From positions 1 to 59,498 of IMG/VR virus record IMGVR_UViG_3300037071_001110: a DNA stretch of 59,498 nt. One strand, written 5' to 3'. The notes under the pieces were generated by a model, which did not search any database, was not told where the DNA came from, and saw nothing but the letters and a program-made list of their open reading frames with translations. Shown piece by piece: positions 1 to 9,413 of the stretch; positions within the stretch are counted from its first letter, which is position 1, and every line of letters starts with the position of its first letter. The stretch is from a virus (lineage: Duplodnaviria > Caudoviricetes). A program made the position numbers and the translations under genes.

Positions 1-7
1 AGGAGGA

Positions 8-40
8 TTTTCCCCCAGTATCGTACGCGAACTGCCTGCA
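8..40 (+). repeat. 33-bp terminal direct repeat, left copy
   Basis: TTTTCCCCCAGTATCGTACGCGAACTGCCTGCA identical to 59460-59492. Confidence 0.95.
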
Positions 41-160
41 CCTGAACTATGGCACTGGATTTCACCCATGCACACGTACGCGCGAACGTTCGTACACTGG
101 ATTGCCCCCTAAATCACGAACATAGCAGTACGCGATCCCCTATTTCAGTGCCAAAACATC

Positions 161-345
161 CCTCCTACGCGCGAGGGCGGGCGGGTCACTGTCCCTGCAG
201 GACTCTATCGCGCGAGAAAACCCATCGCCACGCACACCACGCGAACGTACTCTCAAGTTTACAGTATAAAAGTTTGATATAGACTTCTCCTACGCGAGAC
301 TACCCAGCCACGTAGGCCGCCCGTCCGCGCGTAAGGGGCAACATA
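161..345 (+). repeat. Long imperfect palindromic element, copy A (homologous to 47521-47680 on -)
   Basis: Shared blocks GGGCGGGTCA, GGACTCTATCGCG..AGAA, ATAAA..TTTGATA.AGACTTCTCC.TACGCGAGACT, CCGCCCG; outer arms are complementary. Confidence 0.85.
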
Positions 346-353
346 TGCAACGC

Positions 354-382
354 TTTACTTCGCAACCTCCCCACGCTATACT
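354..382 (+). promoter_or_regulatory. SigA-like promoter, probably leaderless for ORF 389
   Basis: TTTACT-N17-TATACT, with ATG 6 nt after the -10 box. Confidence 0.7.
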
Positions 383-388
383 TACTCC

Positions 389-1159
389 ATGGCTAGGAAA
401 ACCAGGCGTGAGAAGATGATCCACAGCGACTCTATTCACATAGGGCAGCTGAAGGTGACGCATGGGAATGACTATGCACTTTGGGACTATGAGCTGAAGC
501 CCATGGCTCGTCCCAAGCCGGACATGCATACCATTACGACGGCGATTTACATGGGTGATGACGGGCTTGGGTATGCAACACTAACCGTCGCTGGGAAGAA
601 CAAGAAGCTAGAGAGGGCAGTTGTCTACACATATAGGGGCAGGCTCAAGAAGGCCGCTCTCCATCTGATCCAGCACACAGAGGGACATCCTCTGTTTTTG
701 CCGGACCCTCTTGCCACTACCCCTACCAAGCACAACGTAGTTCACGGATCTGCCCGGTTCAGTTCGCGGAGTCACACGAGACTCGCTCGTGCCCTCAAGA
801 ACAACCCGGAGAACTACATCCAGTGGCTCGACCAACAAGACGAAGCCGAGGGAGGTTGGAAGTACTGGATCGAGCGGGCTCCGACTCCTGAGCAGACAGA
901 CTTCCTGATGTACAAGGTATGGCAGCGGAAGAACCCGACCAAGAGGATCTATCAGCCCCTCCAATGGACGGCACTAAGCAGGCTTGAGGACCCGCCCTTC
1001 CCGACTGAGGACTTGTTTGGGTACCCGTCAGTCACGGGGATAACCGCTGGCAGATACGCCTACATCATGGGTCTGCTCCTCCTGCTCCGTAGCGGTCACT
1101 TGCAGGAGAAGCCAAACTACTTTGACCGATTGGACAAACTGGAGGATGCCAAGAAATGA
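389..1159 (+). CDS. Hypothetical protein
   Basis: 256-aa ORF behind a promoter, stop overlaps next start. Confidence 0.7.
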   Translation: MARKTRREKMIHSDSIHIGQLKVTHGNDYALWDYELKPMARPKPDMHTITTAIYMGDDGLGYATLTVAGKNKKLERAVVYTYRGRLKKAALHLIQHTEGHPLFLPDPLATTPTKHNVVHGSARFSSRSHTRLARALKNNPENYIQWLDQQDEAEGGWKYWIERAPTPEQTDFLMYKVWQRKNPTKRIYQPLQWTALSRLEDPPFPTEDLFGYPSVTGITAGRYAYIMGLLLLLRSGHLQEKPNYFDRLDKLEDAKK

Positions 1160-1368
1160 GAACGACGACAAATGAGATACTGGCCAACGTCCTTCGGAGC
1201 CAAGACGGCTCGCGGATGGCAGAAGTGTACCGGCTGACGTACGAGGACGGAACCATCCACTTCCAATCCCGCGCGTACGAACAAGTCCCTGAGGGGGTTG
1301 ACGAGACGGCGACCTACCACCTTGCGGTCGAGTCCGCCCGCGCTTGGATTGACAAGGTGGACAACTAG
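1156..1368 (+). CDS. Hypothetical protein
   Basis: ATGA and TAGTG overlaps with both neighbours. Confidence 0.6.
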   Translation: MRTTTNEILANVLRSQDGSRMAEVYRLTYEDGTIHFQSRAYEQVPEGVDETATYHLAVESARAWIDKVDN

Positions 1369-1985
1369 TGAGAGCGGCGATCATGAGTATTGACCCGGGT
1401 AACACAACCGGGATCACATTTTGGATCCTCGACAGCGAGAAGAAGCCGCCCTGGATCGCCCGGTCCCACCTACAGATCACGGACTACAAACCCCGCAACA
1501 AGGAGCACTTCTTAGCTCCTTACGTGCGCCAGGCCCGGACCCTCAACCGGCTGTGGCGAGCGTTCCGGGATACAGCGTTCTACGAGCACTCGATCCCTCA
1601 CCTGAACCACTACCTCGTTGTTGAGGACTACCTCCCCGGCCCCTCCTCAGGCACTGGCGGCCGAAAGGCTCTCGCTCCAATCTATATCTCCGCTGCGTTC
1701 GAGGGGATGAGGAAGGCCGAGCAAGAATGGTACGAACACCTTGGCTTCGGACCCTCTCACAGCCCTGCTATCCACTGGGCGCAACCCTCTGAGAAGTCGA
1801 TGGTTACCAACGAGCACCTGAAGCTCAGCGGGTTGTACATAATAGGGCAAGAACATGCCCGCGACGCCACACGGCACGCTGTAGTTCAGGCAAGGAAGCT
1901 TGGATTCCGAGGCATTGTTAGGAAACGTACGAGGCCCGTAAAGACAGTCGATTTGACGGCCCTCCTCCCGAAGCCGGTCGCCTAG
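1368..1985 (+). CDS. RuvC-like Holliday junction resolvase
   Basis: SIDPGNTTG, VVEDY and HARDA catalytic-type motifs. Confidence 0.7.
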   Translation: MRAAIMSIDPGNTTGITFWILDSEKKPPWIARSHLQITDYKPRNKEHFLAPYVRQARTLNRLWRAFRDTAFYEHSIPHLNHYLVVEDYLPGPSSGTGGRKALAPIYISAAFEGMRKAEQEWYEHLGFGPSHSPAIHWAQPSEKSMVTNEHLKLSGLYIIGQEHARDATRHAVVQARKLGFRGIVRKRTRPVKTVDLTALLPKPVA

Positions 1986-2014
1986 CGGGTTTTCAGTGGC
2001 CCGAAATGCGCCCC

Positions 2015-2043
2015 TTTACGCGAGGCTTGCGATAGGGTAGACT
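2015..2043 (+). promoter_or_regulatory. SigA-like promoter for the terminase operon
   Basis: TTTACG-N17-TAGACT; -10 lies inside the inverted repeat GGGTAG-ACTCC-CTACCC. Confidence 0.65.
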
Positions 2044-2051
2044 CCCTACCC

Positions 2052-2681
2052 ATCGGGTTCACGGACTACAAATCCCGCACGAAGAAGCTCTACAGGGCCA
2101 AGTGCGACGCCCCCAAAGATCGAGGGGGCAAGTGTACCCGGCCCGCAGGAGAGGGCACTAGCCATCTTGGGACGGGGTTCTGTCACCGACACGGCGGCGA
2201 GCCCCACCAGTCGCTAACCCGGGCAGGAGCGGCACTAGCGCCGATGGGGACAACCCGCCCCGTCGCTCGCCCCGACCAGCCGGTCCAGATCGAGCCGCAC
2301 AACGCGGCACTCTGGGCCATCTGGATGACAGCAGGCGAGGTCGCCTACTACAACGCGCTGATTGAGGAGACGCTGGCCGACGACGACGGCGACTCCAAGG
2401 ACATCCGCGATCTCATCAAGGAGCGGCGGGCCGCGCTCAGAGAAATGCGGCAGGCGTCCAACGAGGCGATGCGTTCAGGCTTGTCCGAGAGCCACCTCCG
2501 GATGGTCGAGCGGATGGCGGGCATTGTCGGGGATGCCATCATAGAGGTCACGGATCGCCTTCGCTTGACGGAGCGGCAGCGCGAGTCTCTGCCCCGCATT
2601 CTGGAGGAAGTGCTCGGCCGGATGGAGGTCGGCGGCGACCCTGCCGCTCAGATCCAGCACGCTGAGAACATCGCGGCATAA
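2052..2681 (+). CDS. Terminase small subunit (N-terminal Cys/HGG motif; start probably ATC 2052, first ATG at 2244)
   Basis: Frame is open from 1986 and reads KCDAPKDRGGKCTRPAGEGTSHLGTGFCHRHGG upstream of the ATG; directly precedes TerL. Confidence 0.7.
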   Translation: MGFTDYKSRTKKLYRAKCDAPKDRGGKCTRPAGEGTSHLGTGFCHRHGGEPHQSLTRAGAALAPMGTTRPVARPDQPVQIEPHNAALWAIWMTAGEVAYYNALIEETLADDDGDSKDIRDLIKERRAALREMRQASNEAMRSGLSESHLRMVERMAGIVGDAIIEVTDRLRLTERQRESLPRILEEVLGRMEVGGDPAAQIQHAENIAA

Positions 2682-4201
2682 TGGCCTACCGCAATCAGCA
2701 GAGGCAGGAGCGGGCCGCGACAGACATGGCGACCGCTCCGATTGGCGCGCTCGGCTCGGGGGTTGCCGACCACGTCATTGCTCGGATGTTCCCCAAGGAC
2801 TCTCCCTACATGGACAGTCCGATCACCTGGGTCCGTGACCGCCTCGGTGAGTTCATGTGGTCGAAGCAAAGGTCCATCAGTCGAGCCGTCAACAGGGAAC
2901 GCTATGTAGCGGTGCCCTCTTGCCATGACAGTGGTAAGAGCTACACGGCGTCCCGGCTATGTTGTTGGTGGATCGACGCCCACCCGCCAGGGCAGGCGTT
3001 CGTGGTCACGACTGCCCCAACGGCGCATCAGGTCGATGCGATCCTTTGGCGGGAAATAGGCAGGGCTCACCGCAAGGGTGGCCTCGTCGGCCGGGTCACT
3101 TTGGACGCGAAGTGGCGGCTGGGTCCTGCCTATGGGGACGAGTTGGTGGCGTACGGGCGCAAGCCTGCCGACTACGACCCGGAGGCATTCCAGGGAATCC
3201 ACCAGCTGTACGTCCTGGTCGTGATCGACGAGGCCAACGGGGTTCCCAAGATCCTGTACGACGCGGTGGACACTCTGGTGACGAACCGGAATGCAAGGAT
3301 GCTGGCGATTGGCAACCCGGACTCACCAACCAGTCACTTCGCCCAGATCTGCCGCAGGGGGTCAGGCTGGAAGGTGATTCACATCGATGGGTTGAAGACT
3401 CCCAACTTCACCAACGAGAAGGTTCCTGCGGAGCTTCACGACCTGCTGCTCTCCAAGGAGTGGGTCGAGGAGCGCAGGTTGAGGTGGGGCGAGGGATCGC
3501 CTCTTTGGCAGTCGAAGGTACGTGGCCAGTTCCCATCTATGGGCGAGGATTGCCTCATCCAGCCCGAATGGTGGGACAAGGCCGTCGAGCGCAGCCTGTC
3601 CCCCGAGGGCCACTCCGGGCAGTTTGGAGTGGATATCGCACGGTTTGGTGAGGACCGGACGATGTGCTACAGGTATCGCGCAGGCCATCTACGTCGTGCG
3701 TGGAGCATGCACCATGCCGATACGATGGAGACGGCCAACCGGGTGGCGGTTGACCTCGTGAGGCACCGTGGTCTCGTTCCTGCCGTCGTGGACGAGACAG
3801 GGGTCGGTGCTGGAGTGGTTGACCGCCTCCGGGAAATGGGTCACAGCGTGATCGGCTTCACGTCCGCGCGATCCGCGGGCAACACGCTATATGCGAATCT
3901 GCGCTCAGAGGCATACTGGCACTTCCGCGAGTTGTTCGAGTTCGGGCAAATCGACGTGGACCCGAACGACGACGAGCTCATGTCACAGCTGACGAGCATG
4001 AAGTGGCGGGTCAACCGTCGCGGGCAGATCGAGGTCGAGAGCAAAGAGGACTACATGAAGCGGCTCCGGACGCATAGCCCGGACGCTGGCGACGGAGCGA
4101 TGATGGCCGCTTGGACGGGTCTGGAGCTTGACACTAGCGTCCTAGACCACGCTGCCGACGAACCCGCGATCATGCACGATCTGCTTGAGGCGGTCTGGTG
4201 A
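2681..4201 (+). CDS. terL: Terminase large subunit
   Basis: Walker A CHDSGKS, TAPT, Walker B VVIDEA, IGNP; nuclease motifs GVDIARFGED and SPDAGD. Confidence 0.95.
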   Translation: MAYRNQQRQERAATDMATAPIGALGSGVADHVIARMFPKDSPYMDSPITWVRDRLGEFMWSKQRSISRAVNRERYVAVPSCHDSGKSYTASRLCCWWIDAHPPGQAFVVTTAPTAHQVDAILWREIGRAHRKGGLVGRVTLDAKWRLGPAYGDELVAYGRKPADYDPEAFQGIHQLYVLVVIDEANGVPKILYDAVDTLVTNRNARMLAIGNPDSPTSHFAQICRRGSGWKVIHIDGLKTPNFTNEKVPAELHDLLLSKEWVEERRLRWGEGSPLWQSKVRGQFPSMGEDCLIQPEWWDKAVERSLSPEGHSGQFGVDIARFGEDRTMCYRYRAGHLRRAWSMHHADTMETANRVAVDLVRHRGLVPAVVDETGVGAGVVDRLREMGHSVIGFTSARSAGNTLYANLRSEAYWHFRELFEFGQIDVDPNDDELMSQLTSMKWRVNRRGQIEVESKEDYMKRLRTHSPDAGDGAMMAAWTGLELDTSVLDHAADEPAIMHDLLEAVW

Positions 4202-6297
4202 GTACCAAGCCGACCACCGAGCTTGGATACGTCCACGCTGACGAGAGCGTCAACAACATCCCGGGGATCTTCAAGGTCCCTGACTGGGGTGACTGGAACA
4301 TCGACGCCGGTGAGTACGTCGCCGCGCTCAAATGGCCCCAGAGCATCAGCACCTTCACGAAGATGCGGTCTGACCCACAGGTCGAGGGGCTGCTCCGGGG
4401 CATGACATTGCCGATCCGAAGATTCACTTGGTTGCTTGAGCCGGGTGGATCCAAGATCACGAATGATGTCGCGCAGGACCTCCACTTGCCCATCAAGGGC
4501 CGGAAGCGGATGCCGAAGGACCGCCGGAACAGGTTTAACTGGGACAGGTTCCTTCAGGCTTGCATGCTCTTCTTGCCCTACGGCCACATGTTCTGGGAGA
4601 AGGATGGTGTCATCGAGGATGACGTTTGGCGCCTCGACGCGCTGAGCGAGCGGATGCCTGAGTCGATCAACTCGATCAAAATCGACCGCCAGGGGATGCT
4701 CGAATGGATCAAGCAAAATGAAGGATATGAGCCCCCAAAGATCGAGCTTGCGCGTCTCGTCCCGTTCGCCTTTGAGCGTGAGGGTGCAAACTGGTTTGGC
4801 CGTAGCTTGCTACGAAGCGCCTACCAGCCCTGGCTCCTCAAAGACCGTTTGCTTCGTGTGGATGCCATCCGACACGAGCGGAACGGGATGGGTATCCCCA
4901 TCGTTGGGCTCCCAGAGCGAGCCACCGAGGAGCAACGTCAGGCAGCTGCAAAGCTAGCCTCGCAGTACGCGGCAGGGATGGCCTCGGGAGGCGCTCTACC
5001 ATTCGGCATGTCCCTGGAACTCGTCGGCGTCACAGGAACGGTGAGCGATGTCCTTGCATCCATTCGGTATCACGACGAAGCGATGGCAAAGCTCATGCTC
5101 CAGATGTTTACCCAACTCGGGGGTGGCGGGGATACGACGGGATCAAAGGCCTTGGGTGAGGTCTTTGTTAAGTTCTTCTCGCAAGCGCAGGACGCGGTAG
5201 CCGACTTCATCGCAGACACGCTGAACGAGTTCCTGCTGATCCCGTGGACAGAATGGAACTACGGCGAGGATGAGCAGCCGCCCAAGATCATCTTCACGCG
5301 CGACGAGGACCCAGAGCTTTCTGCCCACGAACTCGCTCAGATGGTCGGGCAGAACATCATCACGGTCGACACGGAGCTTGAGAACTTCCTCCGGGACAAG
5401 TACGGCCTGATTCAGCTCAAGGGGGAGCGCCCTGACCCGCAAGACTTTGGACTCCCGCCCGCTGACGGCAGCCCCGACACGCCGCCGGAGGGGCAGCCCA
5501 ACGAGAATGTCAATCAGCCGCCCGCCACCCGTCCCGCGAGCGACAAGCAGGCATCCTCAGGCGTTCTGGATCTCAAGACTCGCTTCCGTCGCCAGATGAC
5601 GATGGTCGAGGCTGCGTCCGGCGCAGACTTCGATCGTCTCCAACGCGAGTGGGAGGAGGCTGTCAGAGTAGCCGTAGCCATCTTCGGACCAGTCCGCGCA
5701 GCGCAGATTGAAGAGTTAGCCCTGGCCGCAGGCGAAGCAAAAACGGTCGAGGGGCTGGCCAAGATTTCGGCCACTCCAGGAGGTGAAGATGACCTAGCCG
5801 AACTCCTCAGCAAGGTGGCAACGTCGGGTACGGATGCTGCCCTCGGCGAGTTGCTGGTTCAGGGGAAGCAACTACCCCGTCCAGGCGAACTCTCGATGAG
5901 AGGCCAGGCGACGGCAACCGTGGGCATCATTGCAAGGTCCCTAGGAGCGTCCGCATCGCGCGTCGCTGCGAACAGCGGAACGGGACAAACCGCGAGTGAT
6001 GCGGTACGCTCCTGGGGGAGCAAGCTCAGTGACGCCTACCTTGAGGAGACACTAGGGTCTGCTCTTACTTCGGCGCAAAACGCTGGGCGCTACGCGGTCT
6101 ATGGGCAGGACGCGGGTAGCTTCCACGTCTACGCGAGCGAGATCATGGACGCAAATACCTGCACCTTCTGCGCCCAGAATGACGGCAAGCAGTACGTCTC
6201 CATGGAGGAGGGCCTCGCTGACTATCCGACCGGGCAGTACGTCGGATGTGTCGCAGGTCCACGCTGTCGAGGGACGCTGATCTTTGTCACCCGATGA
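4198..6297 (+). CDS. Portal protein (DUF935/Mu gp29-like) with C-terminal MuF-like minor head domain
   Basis: GRSLLR..Y..W..K...ER.GMGIP portal motif; C-terminal D..TCTFC..DG..C..G.RCRGTLI. Confidence 0.85.
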   Translation: MSTKPTTELGYVHADESVNNIPGIFKVPDWGDWNIDAGEYVAALKWPQSISTFTKMRSDPQVEGLLRGMTLPIRRFTWLLEPGGSKITNDVAQDLHLPIKGRKRMPKDRRNRFNWDRFLQACMLFLPYGHMFWEKDGVIEDDVWRLDALSERMPESINSIKIDRQGMLEWIKQNEGYEPPKIELARLVPFAFEREGANWFGRSLLRSAYQPWLLKDRLLRVDAIRHERNGMGIPIVGLPERATEEQRQAAAKLASQYAAGMASGGALPFGMSLELVGVTGTVSDVLASIRYHDEAMAKLMLQMFTQLGGGGDTTGSKALGEVFVKFFSQAQDAVADFIADTLNEFLLIPWTEWNYGEDEQPPKIIFTRDEDPELSAHELAQMVGQNIITVDTELENFLRDKYGLIQLKGERPDPQDFGLPPADGSPDTPPEGQPNENVNQPPATRPASDKQASSGVLDLKTRFRRQMTMVEAASGADFDRLQREWEEAVRVAVAIFGPVRAAQIEELALAAGEAKTVEGLAKISATPGGEDDLAELLSKVATSGTDAALGELLVQGKQLPRPGELSMRGQATATVGIIARSLGASASRVAANSGTGQTASDAVRSWGSKLSDAYLEETLGSALTSAQNAGRYAVYGQDAGSFHVYASEIMDANTCTFCAQNDGKQYVSMEEGLADYPTGQYVGCVAGPRCRGTLIFVTR

Positions 6298-7048
6298 GCT
6301 CACCTTCGGATCACTATTCTCCGGAATCGGGGGCATGGACTTGGGACTCGTTATGGCCGGATGGGTTCCCAAATGGCTATGCGAGTCGGACGGATTCTGC
6401 CGCAGAATCCTTAGCGAGCGGTTTGACGCCCCCATATACAAAGACGTGGGTGAGGTTCATCAGCCCCCGCTCGTCACTCTCCTCGTACTCTCCCCACCCT
6501 GTCAGTTCGTTTCGCGTGCCCATCGTAACAACCCGCTCGGTGATGGCACAGACGATGGTTGGATGTGGATGCGGGCCATTGAAGTGGTTCGCGAGATACG
6601 ACCTCGATTCGTGCTCTTGGAGAGTGTTCCAGGGCTTCTTGACTGGCATTTTGGAGCGGTACTCGGGGCGCTGGCCGAGAGCGGGTATGATGCGGAATGG
6701 GACTGCATACCAGCGGGATACCTTGGCGCCCCTCACCAGCGTGATAGAGTCTACCTCGTGGCCTACCCCAGTGGCCTCGGATGCCATGCGCATGGGGTTC
6801 TCCGAGGCGGCTTTGAAGAAGTATTACAGCAAAAGGAAGAAACTTGGGGGAGCGGACATCGCCGAGGTACTAGCGGCAGAGTACGCAGATGGCCTCACCC
6901 CAGGGTTCTCCGAGTGGCTGATGGGGTTGCCAGCGGGATGGACCAGGACAGGGTCAAAGCGATCGGCAATGCAGTTGTACCCCGAGTCGCTCAATGGCTC
7001 GGTGAACGGATCAAGCAAACGCTCCAAGAGGAGGCGGTAGCGGCATGA
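6284..7048 (+). CDS. C5 DNA cytosine methyltransferase, alpha-like polypeptide
   Basis: Motif I SLFSGIGG, IV SPPCQ, VI LLESVPG, VIII HQRDRVY, X GNAVVP; motif IX absent. Confidence 0.85.
   Translation: MSPDELTFGSLFSGIGGMDLGLVMAGWVPKWLCESDGFCRRILSERFDAPIYKDVGEVHQPPLVTLLVLSPPCQFVSRAHRNNPLGDGTDDGWMWMRAIEVVREIRPRFVLLESVPGLLDWHFGAVLGALAESGYDAEWDCIPAGYLGAPHQRDRVYLVAYPSGLGCHAHGVLRGGFEEVLQQKEETWGSGHRRGTSGRVRRWPHPRVLRVADGVASGMDQDRVKAIGNAVVPRVAQWLGERIKQTLQEEAVAA
6294..7040 (+). CDS. Overprinted methyltransferase beta-like polypeptide (motif IX)
   Basis: Alternative frame carries WPTP.ASD and FSEWLMGLPAGWT; ATG 6294 overlaps the portal stop (ATGA). Confidence 0.65.
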   Translation: MSSPSDHYSPESGAWTWDSLWPDGFPNGYASRTDSAAESLASGLTPPYTKTWVRFISPRSSLSSYSPHPVSSFRVPIVTTRSVMAQTMVGCGCGPLKWFARYDLDSCSWRVFQGFLTGILERYSGRWPRAGMMRNGTAYQRDTLAPLTSVIESTSWPTPVASDAMRMGFSEAALKKYYSKRKKLGGADIAEVLAAEYADGLTPGFSEWLMGLPAGWTRTGSKRSAMQLYPESLNGSVNGSSKRSKRRR

Positions 7049-7329
7049 GCACCCAGACCGGAATCCCACCCCTACACACGCGCATGCCGCAGGTGGAGCC
7101 CTACGGTCCGTTCAAGGCGGGCGACCCCGTGAGCTTCATCTTCGACAGCAAGGGTGCGAACATCAGGACCAGTCTCGATGGTGGTGTCTGGTCTCCCGCC
7201 TTCGCATCCCCGTTGACGGTCAACCTCGGATCGTCCCTTGACCCCGGTCCGCACTACATCCGGGCCAAGGCCGAGAAGGGTGCCCAGTCCTCTCTGATCT
7301 CGGAGTGGAAGTTCTACATCAAGCCATGA
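7045..7329 (+). CDS. Hypothetical beta-rich (Ig-like?) protein
   Basis: GGAGG RBS, ATGA overlaps on both sides. Confidence 0.6.
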   Translation: MSTQTGIPPLHTRMPQVEPYGPFKAGDPVSFIFDSKGANIRTSLDGGVWSPAFASPLTVNLGSSLDPGPHYIRAKAEKGAQSSLISEWKFYIKP

Positions 7330-7580
7330 CCGAGAAAGCCTCCACTCCAGATTCAATCTTCTTCCCCGCTGTTCTCAAGGGTGTGGAGATTGACGGCAAT
7401 CGCGTCGTACTCATGATGTTTGTGTACGCTGCGACGCAGGAGCAGATGGATGCCCTAGGGCTAGAGTACGGGGCGATCCTTGAGCCTGGCCCGGCCCTCA
7501 ATTGCTCCATCGAGTTCCCTGAGCCTGCCGATCCCCCTCCTGGCCAAGTTCCTCCTCCCGAGGCTGAACACAAAGAATGA
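7326..7580 (+). CDS. Hypothetical protein
   Basis: ATGA coupling on both sides. Confidence 0.55.
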   Translation: MTEKASTPDSIFFPAVLKGVEIDGNRVVLMMFVYAATQEQMDALGLEYGAILEPGPALNCSIEFPEPADPPPGQVPPPEAEHKE

Positions 7581-8974
7581 CTCTCGTTACCGTCCAAAAT
7601 GTACCCATTTGCGCCACCGGGGTGGAGTACATGCTCTCGACGGGTCCTGCCACCTTCACGGAGCAGGATCTGAGGGACGCCTGTTCACTCGCCAACGACG
7701 ACCCAACTTACCGAACCCCTCGTCTAAAGTTGGGCCACGTTGCTGGTGGGTGGCAGGCGTCAGACGGTACGGACTCTGGCGAGCCCGCGTTCGGGCAGTT
7801 CTCCAATCTTCGTGTCGGCAACTACGGCCAAGAGCTATTTGCCGACATCATCAATGTTCCCGATTGGCTCGCGGGAATCCTGCCCTCTGCCTACCCGTCT
7901 CGATCAATCGAGGGGCAGCAGGGCTACAAGTCGAACGCCGGCAAGACGTACGGCCTCGCGATAGATGCGGTGGCCCTACTTGGCGTCGAAATGCCTGGAG
8001 TCGCATCACTAGACGATCTTCAGGCGATCCTCACGAACCCAGAGGTGACGGTGACGGAGGAAGGCAATTTCCAAATCGCTGCTGCCAGGGGCGTGAGGGC
8101 GCAAGTCGATGTTGACTTCGTCAGGCGGCAGGCGTACGAGCAGGTTGCCACCGGTGATCGCTACTGGTGGTGGATCCGGTCGGTGCGCATCGACCCCAAC
8201 GAGCTCATCATGGAGGACGAGGAATCCGGTGAGTTGTACCGGGTCCCGTTCACCGCAGATGGGAATGATGTGACGTTCGCGGAGGCCATCAAGGTCTACG
8301 AGCAGTTCACGGACGCCCCATCAGAAGAGCAGGAGCCGATCGCAGCAAGCTCCTGGAAGACAGCGGCCCAGAGCCGACCAAGCACGAGAGGAGGTCGAAT
8401 GACACCGAAGGAACTCCGGGCCGCAATCGGTCTGCCGGAGTCCGCCTCTGATGAAGAGGTCAAGGAGCGTCTGAAGACTCTCAAGGCTGACGACGGGACA
8501 GAGGCACCGCCTCCCCCGGCGCCAGACCCCGATGAGGAGTCCGAGGACGAGGATGAGGGTGACGACGGAGACACGGAGACGGAAACCCCGCCTGCCGAGC
8601 CCGCCGCCCCCTCAACCACGACCGTGGACGCCGCCGCCTTCCGGCAGCTTCAGGAGGATGCCCGTCTGGGTCGCGAGGCCCGCGAGCAGCAGATCACGGC
8701 AAGGCGGAAGGGGAGGGTCAAGGCGGCCATCGCGGCCGGCAAGATCCCGCCCTCGCGCCGCGAACACTACGAGAAGCTCATGTCCGCCGACGAGGAAGGC
8801 ACCGCAGCACTCCTGGACGAACTCCAGGCCGGTGTGATCCCCGTCGAGTTGGTCGGTCAGGCGACCGTCGATGCCGGCGTCTCCGGTCACGACGACTCCT
8901 ACCCGGTCAGCTGGCTCTCCCCGGATGAGCGGGCGAGGGTCAACGCGGCACGGAAGCAGGAGGTCGTGTCGTGA
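7577..8974 (+). CDS. Prohead protease/scaffold (Mu gpI-like)
   Basis: LKLGH, YPSRSIE, AVALLG..PGV protease motifs; acidic scaffold with AAIAAGKIPP. Confidence 0.8.
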   Translation: MTLVTVQNVPICATGVEYMLSTGPATFTEQDLRDACSLANDDPTYRTPRLKLGHVAGGWQASDGTDSGEPAFGQFSNLRVGNYGQELFADIINVPDWLAGILPSAYPSRSIEGQQGYKSNAGKTYGLAIDAVALLGVEMPGVASLDDLQAILTNPEVTVTEEGNFQIAAARGVRAQVDVDFVRRQAYEQVATGDRYWWWIRSVRIDPNELIMEDEESGELYRVPFTADGNDVTFAEAIKVYEQFTDAPSEEQEPIAASSWKTAAQSRPSTRGGRMTPKELRAAIGLPESASDEEVKERLKTLKADDGTEAPPPPAPDPDEESEDEDEGDDGDTETETPPAEPAAPSTTTVDAAAFRQLQEDARLGREAREQQITARRKGRVKAAIAAGKIPPSRREHYEKLMSADEEGTAALLDELQAGVIPVELVGQATVDAGVSGHDDSYPVSWLSPDERARVNAARKQEVVS

Positions 8975-9402
8975 GCAACCTGAACCAACTCGTCCCATAC
9001 TTCGAGCCCGGGGCAGAAATCACGGCGCAGGCGTCCGTGGCCCTTCTCGGGATGCGGTGTGTCGTGATCGACCCCGCCAAGACGAACTTCCAGTCTCAGG
9101 CGGACCTCAGCGGCACTTCCGACGACTCCAACGTGTGGGTCAAGAAGCCTGCCGCCGGTGCGCACATCTTCGGCGTCGCCGGGTGGGACTGCGCGATCAA
9201 CAAGTTCGTCACGATCTTCCGTGGTCCGGGCATGTGCGTTCCGATCAAGGCGGCGGCAGCCGCGGCACTCGCACCAGGCGTCGAAGTCGAGACAGACGCC
9301 AACGGTGAGGTCGTCGCGCTGACGACCGGCAAGGCGGTCGGCATGAACATGCGAAACTTCTCAGCGGGCGCGAACAACTTCGCCGCCGTGCTGCTCTACT
9401 AG
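8971..9402 (+). CDS. Capsid decoration/cement protein (DUF2190-like)
   Basis: FGVA..D, G..VETDANG.V, AVG pattern; sits between scaffold and capsid genes. Confidence 0.7.
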   Translation: MSNLNQLVPYFEPGAEITAQASVALLGMRCVVIDPAKTNFQSQADLSGTSDDSNVWVKKPAAGAHIFGVAGWDCAINKFVTIFRGPGMCVPIKAAAAAALAPGVEVETDANGEVVALTTGKAVGMNMRNFSAGANNFAAVLLY

Positions 9403-9413
9403 GAGGAGGTGAA

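Noticed and set aside
1983-1985. Genome-wide TAG recoding
   Set aside because: TAG ends many clear genes with start overlaps (1368, 15779, 22115), and there is no suppressor tRNA
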